From IMG/VR virus record IMGVR_UViG_3300028392_000034, positions 1 to 64,000 of that record: 64,000 nt of DNA, one strand, 5' to 3'. How positions within the stretch are numbered: the first letter of the stretch is position 1; every line of letters begins with the position of its first letter. Below the pieces are notes generated by a model, which ran no database searches, was not told where the DNA came from, and saw only the letters and a list, made by a program, of their open reading frames with translations. The stretch comes from a virus. Below are positions 57,590-64,000 of this stretch, piece after piece. Both the position numbers and the translations under genes were made by a program.

Positions 57590-57786
57590 GAGTCAAAGAA
57601 AACCCAGAAGAATTCGGCCGGTGTGGTTGCGGTCGTAGTCCAACAGGCAAATGCTGTGGTTGGCATGGCCTTACCGAAGAAGCCTATCAAGCGGCATTGG
57701 AGCAATACGAGTTAGACAAATACAAGAAGCAAGCACAAGATATTTGGTTTAGTGATGGATCATGCACAGGTGGTCAACCAGGATGA
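57580..57786 (+). CDS. CDGSH-like Fe-S/Zn-binding small protein
   Basis: CGCGRSPTGKCCGWH versus the CDGSH consensus CxCxxSxxxPxCDGSH; GGAG SD. Confidence 0.6.
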   Translation: MQVRVKENPEEFGRCGCGRSPTGKCCGWHGLTEEAYQAALEQYELDKYKKQAQDIWFSDGSCTGGQPG

Positions 57787-57818
57787 ATACTGCCATACTA
57801 TTAACTAAATATTAAACT

Positions 57819-59678
57819 ATGCTCTTTGGATACTCGATACTCGCTACAGCATTACTATTAAGCCTAACAGCCGCTTACTATTCCATTATGGGTCTTACGG
57901 CCATCTTTGCGGCAGCCACCTTACCAGTTATGATCATGGGCGGTAGTCTGGAACTAGGAAAAATTGTAGCCACAGTATGGTTACATAATAATTGGAAACG
58001 AGCTGGTATAGTATTTAAAACGTATCTTGTGCCGGCGGTGGTATTCTTAATGCTACTAACATCGATGGGTATTTTTGGATACCTATCCAAGGCCCACTTA
58101 GATCAAAATATCCCATCCGGTGATGCACAAAGCAAGGTTGCCATTTACGATGAGAAAATTAAAACAGCCAAGGACAATATTGAGGCCGCTCGTAAAGCTC
58201 TCAAACAGATGGATGAATCAGTTGACCAACTGATGGCCAGAACCACAGACGATACCGGTGCTCAACGTGCGGCCAACATGAGGCGCAGTCAGGCCAAAGA
58301 ACGCAGTGCCTTTCAAGCAGACATACAAAAGAATCAAGCCGAGGTGGCCAAATTCAATGAAGAACGAGCGCCATTGGCTGCTGAGTTCCGTAAGATAGAA
58401 GCCGAAGTTGGGCCGATCAAATATGTGGCCGCACTTTTATACAACGAAAGTGCCGACGAAGCAGTGTTAGAAAAGGCTGTGCGTTTTGTAATCATAATGA
58501 TTGTTATTGTGTTTGATCCGTTGGCACTTACATTAATCTTGGCCGCCAACAAACAGTTTGAATGGGCACGACAGGGCACCGGAGGCTTTGTTCACGATGA
58601 AGAAACTGACGAAGAAGCCAATAAAAGAATCGAACAAGAGTTAACAGAAACAATGCAGGATCTTGGCATATCGGCCGAGCCCAAGTATGAAGCCGATGAT
58701 GGTCCTTTAACCGACGAACAATTACAACAGATTCAAGAGTTGGCAAACAAAGATTTACCAACCGGCGAAGTAATTATTGAATATGAACTATTTCCGCAAG
58801 CAAAAGATCCACACCCTCCGGGTTGGATGTGGACTATTACTGCCGCACCGCAACCCACTTACCCTGATACTGATGAAGAAGTAGAAGAGTTTTCACAGGC
58901 CAAACAAACGGCCAAAGAAGAAGTAATCACAGCGGCTCTACCGGATCCATGGTCCCACATTGAAGTACCAGAAATCCATCCTGAAGACCAACATCATCAT
59001 TTAGCAAAACAATCTTATCTGGCACAACATCCTGAAATTGATGAAAGAACATTTTATGCACAACACCAAGACGGAGAAATAGATCATTTACCGTGGCATG
59101 ATGCAGAACATATTAATACTTTACCAATTAGTGATAGTGAGCGTAAACAATTGATCGACCGGTTTGCAAATAATTCTACGTCTGAGCAAGAAAAAAAGCA
59201 ACCAGAACTTGATTATCAATTTGTAGACGAAATCCACGAACCCGATCTCCATGTGTACGATGATGAACGCCTGGTATCAAAGTTTGACAAGATACAAGAC
59301 GATGGTAATCTATGGGTTTCTCAACCCGATGGTACGTGGGTCAATGCTGGCCCAGTGGATCAATTTGATTTAGGATTGTCTGCTGATAACGCACCCAAGT
59401 CTGCCGCTGGTGAAATGCGGGGCTTTGGAACTAGCTTTCCTGACAACTGCAACAAAGGCGATATGTTCCTTAGAGTTGACCAATTGCCAAGTGCCTTGTA
59501 TAAATTTAATGGTACCGGTTGGATTGAAGTAGATAAAAAATTAAGTGACCAATATCTTTATGACGAAGCATACATTGATCATCTTATTGAAAAAATTGGT
59601 ACCGGCGAGTATGATCCAGAGTTATTGAGTGATGCTGAACGGGAAAGTATCGAAAAACGATTAATAAAGAAAGTATAA
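57819..59678 (+). CDS. Membrane protein with a coiled coil and long acidic C-terminal region
   Basis: Three N-terminal TM helices, TSMGIFGYLSKAH, VGPIKY, VFDPLA; late promoter. Confidence 0.75.
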   Translation: MLFGYSILATALLLSLTAAYYSIMGLTAIFAAATLPVMIMGGSLELGKIVATVWLHNNWKRAGIVFKTYLVPAVVFLMLLTSMGIFGYLSKAHLDQNIPSGDAQSKVAIYDEKIKTAKDNIEAARKALKQMDESVDQLMARTTDDTGAQRAANMRRSQAKERSAFQADIQKNQAEVAKFNEERAPLAAEFRKIEAEVGPIKYVAALLYNESADEAVLEKAVRFVIIMIVIVFDPLALTLILAANKQFEWARQGTGGFVHDEETDEEANKRIEQELTETMQDLGISAEPKYEADDGPLTDEQLQQIQELANKDLPTGEVIIEYELFPQAKDPHPPGWMWTITAAPQPTYPDTDEEVEEFSQAKQTAKEEVITAALPDPWSHIEVPEIHPEDQHHHLAKQSYLAQHPEIDERTFYAQHQDGEIDHLPWHDAEHINTLPISDSERKQLIDRFANNSTSEQEKKQPELDYQFVDEIHEPDLHVYDDERLVSKFDKIQDDGNLWVSQPDGTWVNAGPVDQFDLGLSADNAPKSAAGEMRGFGTSFPDNCNKGDMFLRVDQLPSALYKFNGTGWIEVDKKLSDQYLYDEAYIDHLIEKIGTGEYDPELLSDAERESIEKRLIKKV

Positions 59679-59679
59679 C

Positions 59680-60879
59680 ATGAGCCTAGCTATAGAGCAT
59701 TGCAGTTTCTGTGACAAGCACAAGGACCGTGTTGGTAAATTAATTGTCAGTCACACTGTGGCCATATGTAATGAATGTGTTGATCTTTGTGGCGGCCTAC
59801 TTAAAGATAGTAAAACCACTGCACAACCAATTTCAGACGCACCCACAGTCATTGATCCTAAGGACATACGAGATTATCTTGACCAGCATGTGGTCGGTCA
59901 AGACCAAGCCAAAATTATACTCGGTGTAGCCATTGCCAACCACTACAAACGTATCAGTCGGTCAGATTCAACCATTGCCAAATCCAACATACTCATGATT
60001 GGTCCTACTGGCACAGGAAAAACTCTTATGGCTCGAACTGTTGCTCAGTATCTCAATGTTCCATTTGTCATTGCTGATGCTACCTGTCTAACCGAAGCCG
60101 GTTACGTTGGAGATGATGTAGAAAGTATGATTGCTCGTTTATACACTGCTGCAGATGGTGATGTAGAACGATGCCAACAGGGTATTGTGTTCTTAGATGA
60201 GATAGACAAAATTGCCCGTAAAAGCGAAAGTGCCACAGTAAGCCGAGATGTATCAGGAGAAGGTGTCCAACAAGCCCTGCTTAAATTGGTTGAAGGCACC
60301 AAGTGTAGGATATCGGCACATGGTACTAAAAAAACTAGTAACACAGAAATGGTTGAAATTGATACTACAAATATTTTATTTGTTGCCAGCGGTGCATTTG
60401 TGGGATTAGATCGTGTTATACAAACTCGTGTGCAAGGAACTGCTATGGGATTTGGTGCAACTATTAATTCAAAAAATCTTCCAAGCACTGAGCCGGCTAC
60501 ACCAGATGACTTGGTCAAGTATGGAATGATTCCTGAATTTGTTGGCAGATTTAACAGTTATGTAAATTTACACGATTTGACCAAAGCGCAGTTGGTCAAC
60601 ATATTAACTGAAGTAAAAGGCAATTTTGTAGAACAATATAAATGGTTGTTTAATCAAGACAATGTAGAATTAGAATTTGATAGTGAAAGTTTAGATATAA
60701 TTGCTGAACGCACATTAAAAACTCGAACTGGTGCCAGAGGCCTACACAGTGAATTAGAGCGAGTTTTATTACCTCATATGTTTGATTTACCTAGATATTG
60801 TAAGCAGTCTATCCTGCAGGTCACTATTAATAAGACCCAGGTAAATACTCCAATGACATTAATACAGGAAAATTCGTGA
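59680..60879 (+). CDS. clpX: ATP-dependent Clp protease ATP-binding subunit ClpX
   Basis: CSFC..CNEC Zn domain, [34 protein letters not shown] loop, GARGL. Confidence 0.93.
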   Translation: MSLAIEHCSFCDKHKDRVGKLIVSHTVAICNECVDLCGGLLKDSKTTAQPISDAPTVIDPKDIRDYLDQHVVGQDQAKIILGVAIANHYKRISRSDSTIAKSNILMIGPTGTGKTLMARTVAQYLNVPFVIADATCLTEAGYVGDDVESMIARLYTAADGDVERCQQGIVFLDEIDKIARKSESATVSRDVSGEGVQQALLKLVEGTKCRISAHGTKKTSNTEMVEIDTTNILFVASGAFVGLDRVIQTRVQGTAMGFGATINSKNLPSTEPATPDDLVKYGMIPEFVGRFNSYVNLHDLTKAQLVNILTEVKGNFVEQYKWLFNQDNVELEFDSESLDIIAERTLKTRTGARGLHSELERVLLPHMFDLPRYCKQSILQVTINKTQVNTPMTLIQENS

Positions 60880-61097
60880 AAGAATACAAAAATTCAGTTC
60901 GTGTAGTCGATGGCAATGTAGAAAAAGCCTTGAGAAAATTCAAAAAGCGAATACAAGAATCCGGATTACTCGACGATCTTCGAGCCAGAGAATTCTACGA
61001 AAAACCCACAACCGAACGCAAACGCAAAAAAGGTGCGGCTCAAGCCCGTTTGCGTAAAAAATTACGCGAACAAGCACTGCCAAAAAAACTCTACTGA
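60876..61097 (+). CDS. rpsU: 30S ribosomal protein bS21
   Basis: [29 protein letters not shown]; C-terminal LPKKLY. Confidence 0.92.
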   Translation: MKEYKNSVRVVDGNVEKALRKFKKRIQESGLLDDLRAREFYEKPTTERKRKKGAAQARLRKKLREQALPKKLY

Positions 61098-61098
61098 T

Positions 61099-61323
61099 GT
61101 GTTTATAGAATTTGATTTGCGACAGACACACAATTATCATTACGATTTAAATCTTATTAAACTGGACATTGCAGAATGGGCAAATCGTTACGGTATTCCT
61201 TACACACAAAAAACAATAAAATATACGCATAGATTGGCCTTTGATCAAGACCGTTTCTATACTGTGTTTGCTACTACCTGGAATAGTGAATTCGACTATC
61301 GACTTATTGACAGGAAGTGGTAA
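61099..61323 (+). CDS. Hypothetical protein
   Basis: GTG start just after the rpsU stop. Confidence 0.55.
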   Translation: MFIEFDLRQTHNYHYDLNLIKLDIAEWANRYGIPYTQKTIKYTHRLAFDQDRFYTVFATTWNSEFDYRLIDRKW

Positions 61324-61400
61324 ATGTGTTATAAATATATTATGTAGATGCCGATGGTCGGGTCTACTGTATATGTCACTTGCTTAATAAGGAGAAAACA
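61307..61400 (+). promoter_or_regulatory. Dual promoter and ROSE-like structured 5' UTR of hsp20
   Basis: TTGACA-17-TATAAA overlapping TATAAATA; hairpin 61344-61367; TTGCT-taata-AGGAG SD hairpin. Confidence 0.6.
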
Positions 61401-61847
61401 ATGACAAAAATCACAACTCTGGATCTCAATCCATTCTATCGCAATTCAATTGGTGTTGACCGATTATTTGATCGTATGATGCATCAAATTGATACTGCAG
61501 CTTCATCAACAACTAACTACCCACCTTACAATATTGTAAAAACAGGCGAGAGCACCTACGAAATTCAAGTGGCTGTTGCTGGCTTTACACAAGGTGAAGT
61601 CTCAGTTAATGTAAACGATGGACAATTGGTCATTACTGGTGAAAAGGAAAAGACCGATCTGCCTGAAGGATATGCGTATGAGTATCAAGGCATCAGTGCC
61701 CGACGTTTCATTCGCACATTTACATTGGCTGATTATGTAGAAGTAACTGATGCTGTCAGCAAGGACGGTATTCTTACTGTTAGCCTAGAGCGTCAAATTC
61801 CTGAAGCGATGAAGCCTAAAACTATTGCTATTACTTACAAAAAGTAA
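61401..61847 (+). CDS. Small heat-shock protein Hsp20 (IbpA-like)
   Basis: NYPPYNI, AVAGF, GISARRF.RTFTL, DGIL, P.TIAI. Confidence 0.93.
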   Translation: MTKITTLDLNPFYRNSIGVDRLFDRMMHQIDTAASSTTNYPPYNIVKTGESTYEIQVAVAGFTQGEVSVNVNDGQLVITGEKEKTDLPEGYAYEYQGISARRFIRTFTLADYVEVTDAVSKDGILTVSLERQIPEAMKPKTIAITYKK

Positions 61848-61910
61848 TATAATATAGTAAATACAGTGGAGAGCACGGTGTTCTCCACTGTTACTACTAA
61901 AGGATCTGAG

Positions 61911-62219
61911 ATGTCACATATTGGAACAATAACAAAAACACAAGTTAATGTAGGACTCACAGAACCACCTATGTTTAAACTTATCTATCTCAATGATAAT
62001 GCCACGCCAATGGAATTTGTAATTGAAACACTAATTGACTCATTTAATTACAATACAGAAACTGCTGAAAAGATCACTATAGATATCCACGAAGCCGGAT
62101 CAGCTGTGGTTGCAGTATTACCATATGAAATAGCCGAACAAAAAGGTATTGAAGTAACAGTTCAGGCTCGTAACAATAACTATCCGTTACAAATTAAATT
62201 AGAGCCCGAGACAGTTTAA
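61911..62219 (+). CDS. clpS: Clp adaptor ClpS
   Basis: PPMFKLIYLND..TPMEFV, IHEAG.AVV, EIAEQK, YPL; AAGGA SD. Confidence 0.88.
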   Translation: MSHIGTITKTQVNVGLTEPPMFKLIYLNDNATPMEFVIETLIDSFNYNTETAEKITIDIHEAGSAVVAVLPYEIAEQKGIEVTVQARNNNYPLQIKLEPETV

Positions 62220-63007
62220 ACGTCAATTTCTATGCGTCGGGGATAGAACACAGATCGACTCCATTGGGTATTGCCTCGCCCTTTGGGATTGCTTAGATAT
62301 TGTATTCCACCTAGTTGTTGATCTACGGGTTGATGATAGTGCCCAAAACACCATGTTTTAATTTTATTTTCAGTGTCCCCGTTGATGGCCCTGGCAATGT
62401 GTGTGTTGCCCATACCATTAAATCTCCAAGTATCTATTAGATCTAAATCATGCGCGATTATCCACGGTGCTGGAACAGTATGGCTAGCTAACACTATTGC
62501 TTTTACCTCACTGTGTTTTTGTAGTTTCTCTACACTCTTGATCAAGTAGGCTGCGTCATGGTATGCTATACCGATTATACTAGTAGCAGCCGAATTACTA
62601 ATATGAAAATGCTCTTGAACGTGCATTACGCTTTGATCCACGTCCATTACAGGATCAAAATCATAGGTCCACCATCCATTAGTTCCTAATATAGCCACAC
62701 CGTTGACAATGACCACATTGTCTTGAAGATACACTACATTTTTAATTTGACTAACCCGTTGATATAAGTCACGGTAGCTTTCGCTTAGATCTTCGTAGTG
62801 GTTTTTGTGTTCTTCGTTGCCGTCGATATAAAATACTCCACCTGGATAACATTTTCCAAGATGTGTCAGCGTGTTGATCAAAACGTCTCTGTCTTGGGCA
62901 ACATCGCCTGCTACTACGCAGTAAGGCGCGGTGGCTTGACCGGTCCAATCAAAGTCGGGCCAAGTTTCTACGTGTAAATCGGAGATCAAATCAAATGCAA
63001 ATTTCAT
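62216..63007 (-). CDS. Calcineurin-like metallophosphoesterase
   Basis: ISDLH, VAGD, DGNEEH, SHTVP, FGHYH; start at MKFAF after a minus-strand TAAATA (63012-63017). Confidence 0.85.
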   Translation of the reverse strand: MKFAFDLISDLHVETWPDFDWTGQATAPYCVVAGDVAQDRDVLINTLTHLGKCYPGGVFYIDGNEEHKNHYEDLSESYRDLYQRVSQIKNVVYLQDNVVIVNGVAILGTNGWWTYDFDPVMDVDQSVMHVQEHFHISNSAATSIIGIAYHDAAYLIKSVEKLQKHSEVKAIVLASHTVPAPWIIAHDLDLIDTWRFNGMGNTHIARAINGDTENKIKTWCFGHYHQPVDQQLGGIQYLSNPKGRGNTQWSRSVFYPRRIEIDV

Positions 63008-63053
63008 AACGTATTTAATTCGATAAATACCCATATAATAATAAGGAGCTGAT

Positions 63054-63608
63054 ATGTCAACTATTCAAGATCCAAAACCACTATCACGGTCTGAACGTGA
63101 AGCACAAATCAAAGACAAAGCCGGTTGGGTTATTGTTGTTTTAGCTGCACTGTTGGCCATTAACACATACCTGGGTAATGGCAACAGCGGAAAAGTATTA
63201 AACAATACCATTGATGCCAACAACACCTGGGCGTTTTATCAGGCAAAATCGATCAAAGTTACCCTGGCAGAAATGGCTCTAGATGATGCTGTGGTTCGTA
63301 AAGATGTAGCCAAGGTAGCTGTGCTCAGTAAAAAAATTGCCAGATATGAATCAGACCCTGCAACAGGCGAAGGTAAGAAAGAATTAATGGCCAAAGCCCG
63401 GTCTCTAGAAGCAGATCGTGCAGTGGCCAAACAACGTAGTCCTTGGTATACGTTTGCTGGATCACTGTTTCAAATTGCTATTGTGCTATTATCAGCTAGT
63501 ATATTAGCAGTCAACACGAGATTGTATACTGCCAGCTTGTATGTAGGCAGCGGCGCGATGATCTTGATGAGTCAAGCAATTTGGCTCTGGATTCCTACTA
63601 TACTTTAA
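63054..63608 (+). CDS. DUF4337-like membrane protein
   Basis: TM helix, NTWAFYQAKSIK, FQIAIVL.SASIL. Confidence 0.7.
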   Translation: MSTIQDPKPLSRSEREAQIKDKAGWVIVVLAALLAINTYLGNGNSGKVLNNTIDANNTWAFYQAKSIKVTLAEMALDDAVVRKDVAKVAVLSKKIARYESDPATGEGKKELMAKARSLEADRAVAKQRSPWYTFAGSLFQIAIVLLSASILAVNTRLYTASLYVGSGAMILMSQAIWLWIPTIL

Positions 63609-63674
63609 ACCCAGCTTAATGTAACCTAAGAATCCTGTAAATACTTCAAGCTCTGACCAACAAGAGCATGGAGT

Positions 63675-63932
63675 ATGATGAAAAAATATAGGGCTATCCA
63701 CAGTGCTGTAATCTTGGTATTATTGTCGATACTATGCGGTTCTACGATGGTGTCAAGTTCGCCCATGTACGGTGGCGATCGTCCCAGTGTAGCACAAGAA
63801 CTACCTGCCAGAGAACGAGAAGTCAGACTCAATCACGGAGTTGCTGAATGTGTTAGGACCGCTTGGATCGGTGACGTCAACAATAGAAAACTGATCTGTG
63901 TTGAGTATCGCTATCGGAAAGAGGTTAAGTAA
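63675..63932 (+). CDS. Hypothetical protein with N-terminal signal/TM segment
   Basis: 85 aa; TAAATA upstream. Confidence 0.55.
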   Translation: MMKKYRAIHSAVILVLLSILCGSTMVSSSPMYGGDRPSVAQELPAREREVRLNHGVAECVRTAWIGDVNNRKLICVEYRYRKEVK

Positions 63933-64000
63933 TGGATCCATTAACCCTCTTTGCTCTGGCCAATGGCGCTGTGTCTGCAGTCAAGGCCGGATGTAAACTC
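63932..64000 (+). CDS. Hypothetical protein (3' truncated by the window)
   Basis: MDPLTLFALANGAVSAVKAGCKL..., TAATG-coupled. Confidence 0.6.
   Translation, partial: MDPLTLFALANGAVSAVKAGCKL

Noticed and set aside
61866-61910. Extended ClpS N-terminus from GTG 61866
   Set aside because: This region is a hairpin following the late promoter; the SD supports ATG 61911.
1-64000. Stop-codon reassignment (seen in some large phages)
   Set aside because: Core genes are full length in the standard code, and TAA, TGA and TAG all end genes cleanly.

Overview
This 64 kb window is a segment of a large T4-related (jumbo-type) myophage genome. It is densely coding, almost entirely on the + strand, and uses the standard genetic code. 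I found no tRNA, rRNA, CRISPR array, integrase or transposase. The core genes are terminase large subunit, gp32 SSB, UvsX/UvsY/UvsW, primase, gp41 helicase, a miniature DnaE-like polymerase, DNA ligase, NrdAB/glutaredoxin, dCMP deaminase, PAAR and tail/baseplate proteins. Host-derived auxiliary genes are IscU, IscA, ClpX, ribosomal protein bS21, Hsp20 and ClpS; the bS21 and IscU sequences suggest a betaproteobacterial host (inference). Six things stand out. (1) Five radical-SAM enzymes with Cys-rich auxiliary domains, plus sulfotransferase-like, SDR, methyltransferase, SGNH-like and nucleotide-sugar genes, are wedged into core operons, and the phage has its own Fe-S assembly genes. (2) A family of putative head proteins has T4-like capsid-targeting N-termini and modular polyproteins punctuated by Glu cleavage sites; one member is a nucleotidyltransferase/ligase-like fusion. 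(3) Promoters point to widespread leaderless transcription, alongside bS21, an unannotated ArfA-like ORF and a ClpX lacking the RKH loop. (4) An identical 30-bp promoter/RBS cassette occurs four times. (5) The 3' UTR of an early AAA ATPase gene is complementary to its own Shine-Dalgarno region. (6) hsp20 has a ROSE-like RNA thermometer. All family calls come from motif recognition by eye; no database searches were run.
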